Shown: positions 53,359 through 64,000 of the stretch, piece by piece
Layout of the letters: each line of letters starts with the position of its first letter
Position numbering within the stretch: position 1 is the first letter of the stretch
Assembly (NCBI GenBank): GCA_964035545.1
Contig: OZ037772.1
Span: 1,302,001 to 1,366,000, forward strand
Direction of reading: 5' to 3'
Source: Bugula neritina
Taxonomy: Eukaryota > Animalia > Bryozoa
DNA length: 64,000 bases
Translations under genes and position numbers: made by a program
The notes under the pieces: generated by a model
What the model was told of the DNA's origin: nothing
Seen by the model: only the letters and a program-made list of their open reading frames with translations
Database searches by the model: none

Positions 53359-53781
53359 ATTATCACAGGCTTTCCATGGACGACTGAGATCGATCTTTGA
53401 TGTCTTTTCATGGAGCGATCTCACCAATATAGATCTGAGATCGATCCATGGAAAGCCAGTGAAAGGGTCACACCCACTCCAGAAATGGCCACATTAAAGG
53501 GAATTTATAGTTTATCAACATAAACATAGTCTGTGGTGAATATTAGGTCTGTGCTAAACCCACTTGCTTTCTGTAAATAACACAAGACAAGATGAAGAAT
53601 GAGTCATACCTCAGCCTTAGGTTGCCTCTGGATCTGCACAAAGTAGGCAGGTATTCTGTGCCCCCACCATAGCTGTCTGGAGATACACCAGTCCCTGGAG
53701 TTCCTCAGCCATTTGTACCAAGTGACTGTGTGATAGTCTGGTATGATCTTTAGCTTGCCTGATTCTACTACCTGCAGTATA

Positions 53782-54290
53782 CATACTATGCTATAGATAT
53801 ACTATGCTATAGATATACTATGCTATAGATATACTATACTATAGATATACTATGCTATAGATATACTATACTATAGATATACTATGCTATAGATATACTA
53901 TGCTATAGATATACTATACTATAGATATACTATGCTATAGATATACTATGCTATAGATATACTATGCTATAGATATACTATGCTATAGATATACTATGCT
54001 ATAGATATACTATACTATAGATATACTATGCTATAGATATACTATGCTATAGTCATACTATGCTATAGATATACTATACTATAGATATACTATGCTATAG
54101 ATATACTATGCTATAGATATACTATGCTATAGATATACTATACTATAGATATACTATGCTATAGATATACTATGCTATAGATATACTATGCTATAGATAT
54201 ATTATGCTATAGATATACTATACTATAGATATACTATGCTATAGATATACTATGCTATAGATATACTATGCTATAGATATACTATACAAT
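53782..54290. repeat. 16-bp minisatellite, ~31 copies, followed by (TA)n at 54296-54351
   Basis: Unit atactatgctatagat. Confidence 0.95.
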
Positions 54291-54291
54291 A

Positions 54292-54352
<61 letters not shown>

Positions 54353-54691
54353 TATACAGTACTAATATATATACTATACACAGTACTAATATATATACTA
54401 ATATACTAATATATTATATACTATACATAATATATAATACAAGTACCTCTACAGCCTTGGCTGCCATATCTTCACACGCCACATACCAATGTGGTTTGGG
54501 TATCCGCTCAATGATATCTTTAGATCGACTATAACACAAGAGACCACGGTGTGGAGGTCATTGTTAACAGACAGACTCACATAGTAACAGTTCAACTCAA
54601 CAGCATTGTAAAATATAGTGGATATGTTAATGGAGCTATTCTTTAGGAGAACAAGAGAGGGCAACTTCTATTTCATTGAGATCTGTAACTA

Positions 54692-54872
54692 TGAGTCATT
54701 TTACTTGATTTAGCACACAGAGCCATATACCTCTAGCTTTTAGCTATTGTTCACAGTTGAGCTGCTAATTCAACATTTTAATGTAAGAAACTATACACAT
54801 TAGCAGCTAAACTGTGAAAATAGCTAAGAACCAGAGATATATGGTGTGTACTAAACTAAGTAAAATGACTCA
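54692..54872. mobile_element. Short palindromic MITE
   Basis: tgagtcattttactt...aagtaaaatgactca with ~75-bp imperfect arms. Confidence 0.7.
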
Positions 54873-55374
54873 CAAGTAAACATGACTAGAAAAAGTTCAG
54901 GATCTAACTGGACGTGTATGAAGAAAATGTAATGGAACTTGTAGAAATCTAACAAGTTGGGATAAGATTGTAGAGAGAAGACGACTCTCCTACATACAGG
55001 AACTACCATAGGGTTGTCTTCCTTTCCTTTGTATAGCCCCAAGTCTTCCAACCTTCTCACACATGTCACCTGCTCACACCTGTCACCTGTACACAAATGG
55101 TATTAAACCACTAAGACTTATGTAGATCAATATTTTCTTGCTATTAAGTTGACTAATTGTGAAACAGCCAAAATAGGAAAATAAGACCTTGTAGTGCAGT
55201 GAGCAAGGCAAGTTCAAGCCATACAACTTTAACATGTTGCATTACAGAAGAAAGACCTGCTTCATTTTGGTAAATAACTATAGGTAATATTGGGAGTTAC
55301 GCCACTTATGAGTAACAACATGGAGTTGTGTTTCTTTTCATAAACGCAAAAAGGTAAAAATTACTTGTTTCTTC

Positions 55375-55509
55375 GAGGTAGCACAACTCCTAATTGTGTG
55401 ACATATTTCTAAGTTGATATGGTTTTTCCTTGCATTATATATTATATAATGCAAGGAAAAACCATATCAAATTAGAAATATGTCGCACAATTAGGAGTTG
55501 TGCCACCTC
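55375..55509. repeat. 135-bp near-perfect palindrome (probable MITE)
   Basis: gaggtagcacaactcctaattgtg...cacaattaggagttgtgccacctc, essentially no spacer; no TSD recognised. Confidence 0.8.
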
Positions 55510-55713
55510 TTTGTCAAAAACACGGAATACTAGATTCACACACCAAACAGTACTCGTTGCTATATGAATAGACTCCAATTTAGTTCTCCCTCCGTATCTC
55601 AGTAAGCTGAGGGACCTGACACCTCAATTCATGACTCAGTAGAATTCTTACCATAGCAGAATACCATATTTAACTCACGGATCTGTTAAATTATTTTGTT
55701 CCTACACACAAAA

Positions 55714-57485
55714 GGCTATGAATATACAGGACAACGGGCTATGAATATACAGGACAACAGGCTATGAATATACAGGACAACAGGCTATGAATATACAGGA
55801 CAACAGGCTATGAATATACAGGACAACGGGCTATGACTATACAGGACAACAGGCTATGAATATACAGGATAACAGGCTATGAATATACAGGACAACAGGC
55901 TATGAATATACAGGACAACAGGCTATAAATATACAGGACAACAGGCTATGAATATACAGGACAACGGGCTATGACTATACAGGACAACGGGCTATGAACA
56001 TACAGGACAATAGGCTATGAATATACAGGACAACAGGCTATGAATATACAGGACAACAGGCTATGAATATACAGGATAACAGGCTATGAATATACAGGAC
56101 AATAGGCTATGAATATACAGGACAACAGGCTATGAATATACAGGACAACAGGCTATGTATATACAGGATAACAGGCTATGATTATACAGGACAACAGGCT
56201 ATGAATATACAGGACAACAGGCTATGAATATACAGGACAACAGGCTATGAATATACAGGACAATAGGCTATGAATATACAGGACAACAGGCTATGAATAT
56301 ACAGGACAACAGGCTATGAATATACAGGACAACAGACTATGAATATAGAGGACAACAGGCTATGAATATACAGGACAACAGGCTATGAATATACAGGACA
56401 ACGGGCTATGACTATACAGGACAACAGGCTATGAATATACAGGATAACAGGCTATGAATATACAGGACAACAGGCTATGAATATACAGGACAACAGGCTA
56501 TGAATATACAGGACAACAGGCTATAAATATACAGGACAACAGGCTATGAATATACAGGACAATAGGCTATGAATATACAGGACAACAGGCTATGAATATA
56601 CAGGACAACAGGCTATGAATATACAGGATAACAGGCTATGAATATACAGGACAATAGGCTATGAATATACAGGACAACAGGCTAGGAATATACAGGACAA
56701 CAGGCTATGAATATACAGGACAACAGGCTATGAATATACAGGACAACAGGCTATGAATATACAGGACAACAGGCTATGAATATAGAGGACAATAGGCTAT
56801 GAATATACAGGACAACAGGCTATGAATATACAGGACAACAGGCTATGAATATACAGGATAACAGGCTATGATTATACAGGACAACAGGCTATGAATATAC
56901 AGGACAACAGGCTATAAATATACAGGACAACAGGCTATGAATATACAGGACAACGGGCTATGACTATACAGGACAACGGGCTATGAATATACAGGACAAT
57001 AGGCTATGAATATACAGGACAACAGGCTATGAATATACAGGACAACAGGCTATGAATATACAGGATAACAGGCTATGAATATACAGGACAATAGGCTATG
57101 AATATACAGGACAACAGGCTATGAATATACAGGACAACAGGCTATGAATATACAGGATAACAGGCTATGATTATACAGGACAACAGGCTATGAATATACA
57201 GGACAACAGGCTATGAATATACAGGACAACAGGCTATGAATATACAGGACAATAGGCTATGAATATATAGGACAACAGGCTATGAATATACAGGACAACA
57301 GGCTATGAATATACAGGACAATAGGCTATGAATATACAGGACAACAGGCTAGGAATATACAGGACAACAGGCTATGAATATACAGGACAACAGGCTATGA
57401 ATATACAGGACAACAGACTATGAATATAGAGGACAACAGGCTATGAATATACAGGACAACAGGCTATGAATATACAGGACAACAG
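55714..57485. repeat. 23-bp minisatellite, ~77 copies
   Basis: Unit ggctatgaatatacaggacaaca; abuts the donor of VARS exon 57491-57625. Confidence 0.97.
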
Positions 57486-59359
57486 AGCACCTGTTCCAAA
57501 CTCCATCTCCACAAAGTGGTCAGCCACAATAGGTATTCTCCTGTCAGCAAAAGGATGTCTCACAAATTTCCCGTGTAAGTGTTCGTATCGGCCGTCTTCA
57601 GGGTGGACAGCCACGGCAGTGTCACCTACAATAGTTACCAGACTTTATAGTCTCTCACAGTATTGAGTATTGATATACAATTATATATTTACTGAGTGTT
57701 TACCAGATCTAACTTAACAGTCACTATACTCAGAGTACACAACTCCCAGTAAGTTAGTATCAAGCTAATTAACCACTAACCCCCTATTCACGCTTACCGT
57801 ATCGTACGCCGTAACAGCAAATATCAGCCATTTTTACAAATGTCTGAGCTTCCTGTACGGTGTTGCAGTACGGTAGGATCAAGCACTGCTTGATTCAAAT
57901 AAGTTGCGGCGGACTCCTATTGGACAGAAAAACTTTTGCGTTAATTCATTGGATATAAATGTCTAATGTAGCGTCATAGATCGTACCTAATAGCGGACTT
58001 TGAAAACTTCAACCCGCACCTTAAACCAAAATGGAATAATAAAATTAAAGAACTTAGGCTATCTCAAGTTCTCCACTACTGCTCCTAAGTGAGAAAGTGA
58101 GAATAGTTAGAGAGATCTACTGGAGTTACTTCAATTGGCAGCAAGAGTCAGCCATTATTACGTTGCTAAGCAACAAAGCTATTAGTGACATTGATGTCTA
58201 CTAACCCAACATAGTTTCTAATTTAGTTGTGGCCACAATGATCTCTTCGTCAGAGTCTTCCACTTTATATGCAAAGGAAAGGAGGACTCCGAACTCCACC
58301 TTCTCCTTGTAGCCCGGCACAGAGAGCATAGTCCTTCCTGTCAACTCTACTTTGTCTACCTGCAATCAGTGATACAACTCTCTCAGACTATACAGGTCAA
58401 AGGTTAAACTGTAGTGTGTGCTTCTGAGTCACTGCGTTCTCATTCTTTTCTATTAGTTCATATAATGTATATGAATGCTCGTACGAATGAATATGTGGCT
58501 GTGGTCTCATTGATGTATTCATACGAAGATAGTCATAATGTAATATATCAGGTCGCGTCTGAATACTACTATTAGGTTAGTTACCACCAACACACAAGTC
58601 TCGCAGTGAATAACCAGTTGACGTGCACACAGTCGGGAGTCAGACTGATACTGTACAATATACCTCAATATCAGAGATGGCAGAGTTGAGAGTACAGGAC
58701 CAGTCGGTTAGCTCTGTAGATCACACCTTTCTCGTGCATTCTGATAAACGCTTCGTTCACCGCTTTCAAAGATTTCTAATAAACAAGTATATATGAGTCA
58801 TGTGACAAGTGTGAGCTAATTGGAGACCAGGCCTCATGATTAACCAATCATAGAGAGGATAACACACTGAGTCAGTAAATAGTCGACACGACATATAGAC
58901 TCCACTACTCAAACATAATATATGTATAGAGAGGATAACTCCTCACCTCATCCATAGTGAACGTAGTTCTGTCCCAGTCATAAGACCCGCCCACTTTCCT
59001 CAACTAATGGTAGATTCTGTCTCCTTTTCTATAGAAATTATATAATAACACTGACCAATCATTGTGCAGCAAAACTTAGTTATATTAGCAACTTAAATAA
59101 TGAGACCAATGATAGAGTGTGATGAAGTAAACCTATATTTAACTTTTTGTATATTCAATTATATATAAGAATTTTATCATATTATCATATATATTATATA
59201 TTATCTTATATCAAACTGTAGCAACTGCACACCAATAAGATAAAATAAGAACTCAAACCCGAATACTAAGTCGCTATGAAATGCATTTTCAAAATAAAAT
59301 ATTCCCTTACTGGTTCTTCCAGTCCCACACTCGTCTCACAAACTCATCTCGTCCCAAAT

Positions 59360-62216
59360 AGAGGGGTTTCAGACATCCCTCCAGAGGAATTTGTATTTTA
59401 AAGTTGTCTCCCCCTACAGGTATTAGGAGCAGTCTCAATGATATATAGAAGGCCCATAAAATAAGTAGAGATGTATGGTTTGAGTGAAAACTACTACTAG
59501 TATAAGTTTCATTTTTTCTGAGATTAATATTTTGGCATAGGTACACATATGAGCAGTTTCAGAAATTTTTTAAAAAATTTTGTTAATGATAAATGGCACA
59601 AAAAGAAAACTTCAAAGCATATTTGTGGTTTTGGTTATTGAGCAAATCTGAAGCTGGCAGCTGTCATTATTATTTGCTTTGCTGACTGTAACCAGTCTGG
59701 TTAGAGCTGCTAACCTTTCAACTCTTAGAACAATAATAACATGCTCGTACACTATATAGCTGCACTAGTGGGCTCTGTCTTACTGAACTCCAAATGCTCC
59801 AAATTATGGGTTGGAACACATGCCTGTACGTTTATGAAGGCACTGGCTCATTTGTATTAACATGTTCACGTACTTACACACCTATACTATGAAAATAACT
59901 AAGCCACCCTACTATCTAATATTTCTATATATCAAAAAAATTATTATAAATATAAAGATATGTATTAAAATAGATAGATTAAATTTGTAATTTCAAACAA
60001 CATCTTATCTAAAAATGCCAAACACTGTATAACTACATATATTTTTTAAAAGCATTTGTTTACATGGCATGCCTGCAAGTCAATGAAAATATTTAGAGAA
60101 CAGTAAAAAGAAGCATATAAATTTCAGAATAGTTTCTTCTTTTCTGAGATGAATATTTTGGAAATGTCCCACCATTCAACATTTAAATTAAGTCTGTAAA
60201 AAAATTTCACAGTGTATTTTCAATGAATAATTATTCTTGCAAGCTGGTTTGTGTTTGTTCTGGCATGCCATTTTACAGTGGTCTAGTTAATTAGGTCAAA
60301 GTTCATTGAGGTGGAATTGTTTTATTAACCTCCTTGTGTTGATAAAATACTATCATTGGATTTAGAGCTCCTCTATGCAACTTCGCAGTCTGATTAAATA
60401 TCTGCGATACCTGCCTATTAGACAATCCAAACCTAAAAAATAATATACTAAATCTTTGTATTACATGTATGGATGAAAAATAATGCAACAAATTGGCTAA
60501 AGCATGTTCAAGTAATGTGAAAAACTCGAAATATAAATGAGTCAAACTAGAGCTAGTGTGGTGTTTTTGGCCGATTTATATGTGTTGTTTAATCAGCTTA
60601 TTATGTAGTGATGTAATCCTATATAATGTAATTTAAGTTAGACAGCTAAAGTTGGACAGTTCTCATCGTGCACTTTCTTGAATAAGCAGTTATGTAATAT
60701 AGAGAGACAGCTACTCAACAGAGAGCTTCAAGCAAACAAAATTCTTGCAACGAGGTTGATTGAATACAAAACAGCTGCTGTTATTCTTATAGCAGCATGC
60801 ATTGTATAAGAGATAGCCTGATGGTTCACATAGTTTACATACAGTGACATACCACTGAAAATTATTAGAAACCACAGAAAAGATATAAAGGAGAGAATGC
60901 TGGCACAAAGGAAGTATAGCGATGCGGTCAAATATATGGCTGAAAACTGACCTAGAGTCAAATAAGTACAAAATGTACATAATATAGCTAAATCAGTAAA
61001 GCCAAATGATTTGATATAAAAAGTATTATCTGGGAATTTAGTGAAACTTAGTAGCATTATTTAGAACTCCACCTTTGAGCAAGATCCGTATGGAGTAAAG
61101 CCAATCTTAATTTTATTAGTGTCATAAGAATGCAGTCATTATGACATAGTTCGTTCTTTCTATATTTTACAGCTGGTACTAAATGTACATTTCAACTTTT
61201 TTTTGAAAGCAAAATAAGTTGCTTTGGCTGAAAAGTGCTTTTTTATGATGATTTTTTTTCTGCAATGCAGCAGTATACAATTTACAATGCTCCAAAGACA
61301 TTTCTTTATTAGGAATGTTGGTATACAAACAGCTTGCAAGAATAGTTATTTATTGAAAATACACTGTGAAATTTTTTTACAGACTTAATTTAAATGTTGA
61401 ATGGTGGGACATTTCCAAAATATTCATCTCAGAAAAGAAGAAACTATTCTGAAATTTATATGCTTCTTTTTACTGTTCTCTAAATACTTTCATTGACTTG
61501 CAGGCATGCCATGTAAACAAATGCTTTTAAAAAATATATATAGTTATACAGTGTTTGGCATTTTTAGATAAGATGTTGTTTGAAATTACAAATTTAATCT
61601 ATCTATTTTAATACATATCTTTATATTTATAATAATTTTTTTGATATATAGAAATATTAGATAGTAGGGTGGCTTAGTTATTTTCATAGTATAGGTGTGT
61701 AAGTACGTGAACATGTTAATACAAATGAGCCAGTGCCTTCATAAACGTACAGGCATGTGTTCCAACCCATAATTTGGAGCATTTGGAGTTCAGTAAGACA
61801 GAGCCCACTAGTGCAGCTATATAGTGTACGAGCATGTTATTATTGTTCTAAGAGTTGAAAGGTTAGCAGCTCTAACCAGACTGGTTACAGTCAGCAAAGC
61901 AAATAATAATGACAGCTGCCAGCTTCAGATTTGCTCAATAACCAAAACCATAAATATGCTTTGAAGTTTTCTTTTTGTGCCATTTATCATTAACAAAATT
62001 TTTTAAAAAATTTCTGAAACTGCTCATATGTGTACCTATGCCAAAATATTAATCTCAGAAAAAATGAAACTTATACTAGTAGTAGTTTTCACTCAAACCA
62101 TACATCTCTACTTATTTTATGGGCCTTCTATATATCATTGAGACTGCTCCTAATACCTGTAGGGGGAGACAACTTTAAAATACAAATTCCTCTGGAGGGA
62201 TGTCTGAAACCCCTCT
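59360..62216 (-). mobile_element. ISL2EU-like DNA transposon (deletion derivative) with ~890-bp TIRs, inserted in a VARS exon
   Basis: Near-identical inverted arms 59360-~60250 and ~61327-62216 starting agaggggtttcagacatccc. AT is duplicated (59358-9, 62217-8), and removing the element plus one AT restores RHNLGRDEF. The spacer encodes a spliced HTH_Tnp_4-like segment. Confidence 0.88.
60303..61190 (-). pseudogene. Two-exon transposase HTH fragment (HTH_Tnp_4-like) inside the ISL2EU-like element
   Basis: ELCHNDCILMTLIKLRLALLHTDLAQ-R joined over GT-AG intron 60433-61072 to FGLSNRQVSQIFNQTAKLHRGALNPMIVFYQHKEVNKTIPPQ*; no DDE domain follows. Confidence 0.78.
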
Positions 62217-63115
62217 ATTGTGTCGAGTTTTATTCTCTTCTCTAGTGCGTTTTTTCTCGAGGACAACTTGAGTGGCTATCCCTGCGTGGTCCCATTCGGG
62301 TACAAACAGTGTCACCTTCCCATTCATCCGGTGCCTGACAATACAACAGAACTGACACCTGCAGACACCTGACAACACAAGCATATCAGACACCTGTAGA
62401 TATTCTGGAAAGGTGCTGAGAGAAATATCTGTGGTTGAAACAACATCAATATAATAGATGAATGACTTATGCCAACCGATACTTAACACAAATTTTCTCA
62501 GCATTTAAAAAAGAATTAACAGGGGGATGTTCATAGCCTGTCTGTGGAATATCTCAAAGTGAGTTGGCAAGATGCCGAAATGTCATGTAGTCCCCACCAG
62601 AGGAATGGTGTCTACTGTTACATGCTATAAGCTACGTACACCACCAGTTTAGTGACTAGGTAAGTACGGAGTTGTCTCATCTATATGAATGAACATCTCA
62701 CCACCGAACTATCGCATCCTCAACCGCCCCCGTGAGGGCATGTCCTAGGTGAAGAGTCCCAGTCACATTAGGGGGAGGGATCATGATGATAAACTTCTCT
62801 TCAGGTGTGAGTTTCAGCACATCTCTACCTGTTACAAAGCAACCAATCACATCTTTCTCGGTTACAAAGTAAAAAGCAACCAATCACAGTACCTGTTACA
62901 ACAGAGTAACAAATCACACCTCTACGTGTTAGAAGTAACCAATCGCACATTATAGACTTTACTAGGATGAGAAGTGTACCTTTGAGGTTATACTCAGGTT
63001 TTGAAGAATCCTTCCTTCTCCCACCAAGAGTACCAGGCAGCTTCCACATAGGACGGGGAGCAAGAATCAGGCATGGGACACGTCGTGTCTAGAATAACAG
63101 AAAACTATAAAGTAT

Positions 63116-63240
63116 AGGGGAGCAGCTGTGGTCTAGGGGTTAGAGCGTTTGTCTAGTGAACATGAAGCCATTGTTTGACAAAGGCCATTGGTGACGTTAG
63201 AAAGAGCATCTAGTCATAATTGCTCCTGTGCCACATCTAA
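63116..63240 (+). mobile_element. tRNA-derived SINE-like fragment
   Basis: A-box-like tggtctaggggttagagcg head followed by ggtgacgttagaaagagcatctagtc; B-box missing. Confidence 0.4.
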
Positions 63241-64000
63241 ATAAGTCCTTAGCCTGTTTTAACAAAAATCCCTTTCCACCAGGAGTCTCTCACAAGGTTG
63301 GTGACTATACACTGATATCTAGATTTACTAAGTTTTTCAATTATCACTTTTATGCTGTCAACTTAATTTATTACGTTTTCAAAGGGCATCAAATAGTGAT
63401 TAAGCGAGTTATATTTGAGTATTGCAGAGTGAGCTTCCTTATCAATATGATATCAACAACTTTAAGTAAGACTATAGAGGGGCGGGAAACACTGAACTCC
63501 TTTTAGTAAAGATAGAAACGCAACTTCAGTTTAAACTGCTTACACACATAACTGTGTGTTCACTACCGAGCAGTGTACACTGATAAATCAGTGCTTCAAC
63601 TGAAACTTGGAAATAAAGGAATGAAGAGCTCAATTGAGTATAAAATGTAGAGAATAATTGAACTGAACCTTTCTTATGGCCAACTGGTGTGTCCACGTTA
63701 TACGTTACTACAGCCTTCTCCTCTTTCTCTTTCACTTTTTTCTAGAAAAAAAAAAATCAAATTTGAAGAAAATAAAATGGAAATTGTTAGCTACAGATAC
63801 AGACAACTTCCAGGTAAAAGTACAGCCATACAGTCGCAATACGAATATGTAATTCAAGTAACACTTTCATGTAGAAGTACAACCATAAATACGAATAGAA
63901 AGTAACACAAGTATATACATTTAAAAGCCGTAGTGTAGAAATCGAGATAGCCTATGTTCTTTAATCTTATCAAATTTTGGTTTGGGGTCCGGCTTGATAT

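Larger units (their letters stand above)
49242..63741 (-). pseudogene. VARS1: Valyl-tRNA synthetase unprocessed pseudogene (5' exons presumably beyond the window; truncated before KMSKS)
   Basis: Exons 63669-63741 (VTYNVDTPVGHKK), 62980-63088 ([17 protein letters not shown], +1 frameshift), 62702-62828 ([19 protein letters not shown] motif), 59311-62334 ([10 protein letters not shown], split by a transposon), 58947-59028 (IYH*LRK), 58664-58775 (8-bp deletion in RLVNWSC), 58206-58359, 57491-57625 ([14 protein letters not shown]), ~54990-55060 (partial), 54447-54528, 53610-53771 ([15 protein letters not shown]), YWVTGR exon x3 (~50140, ~50573, ~51785), 49242-49437 (VLDTWFSS..F*, -1 frameshift, [10 protein letters not shown]). 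Confidence 0.95.

Noticed and set aside
55714-57485. Regular 23-bp repeats as a possible CRISPR array
   Set aside because: Head-to-tail units with no unique spacers, no cas genes, and a eukaryotic intronic context; the same applies to the other arrays.
57778-57900. CpG-rich Harbinger-like single end (aacccctattcacgc)
   Set aside because: No partner TIR or TSD was found.
59307-62245. Two nearly identical ORFs (MYLCQNINLRK...) as duplicated genes
   Set aside because: They are the two arms of the terminal inverted repeat.
49242-63741. Functional VARS using stop-codon readthrough or an alternative genetic code
   Set aside because: Lesions include frameshifts, a deletion, a missing exon and a 2.9-kb exonic insertion, and the neighbouring TRIM gene reads normally in the standard code.

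Overview
AT-rich, intron-containing animal (invertebrate-type) genomic DNA. No prokaryotic operons, rRNA, bona fide tRNA or CRISPR arrays were found. One gene appears intact: a 7-coding-exon TRIM-like E3 ligase (RING, two B-boxes, coiled coil, NHL-like beta-propeller; +, 37343-44588, 621 aa by my exon assembly). It is surrounded by unprocessed (intron-retaining) pseudogenes: an uncharacterised helical-bundle protein (-, 6361-13770), a 5'-truncated fibrillar collagen (+, 25606-30576), an inverted terminal-exon fragment of a TRIM paralogue (-, ~46950-47930) and a valyl-tRNA synthetase copy (-, 49242-63741+) with stops, frameshifts, a triplicated exon and a transposon inside an exon. Mobile DNA includes a TTAA-flanked Kolobok-like element with a decayed P2X7-C-terminal-like (KolX-type) gene, an ISL2EU-like element with ~890-bp TIRs and a spliced transposase remnant, several hAT MITEs with 8-bp TSDs, a pile-up of CAC...GTG elements at one recurring target motif, a Penelope-like GIY-YIG fragment and a very decayed Gypsy-like pol. 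Many minisatellites sit directly at splice sites, and a 3/6-bp-periodic stuttering sequence recurs next to CpG-rich, promoter-like patches. Most ORFs in the supplied track are repeat-derived artefacts. All calls come from manual reading and translation; no database searches were run.
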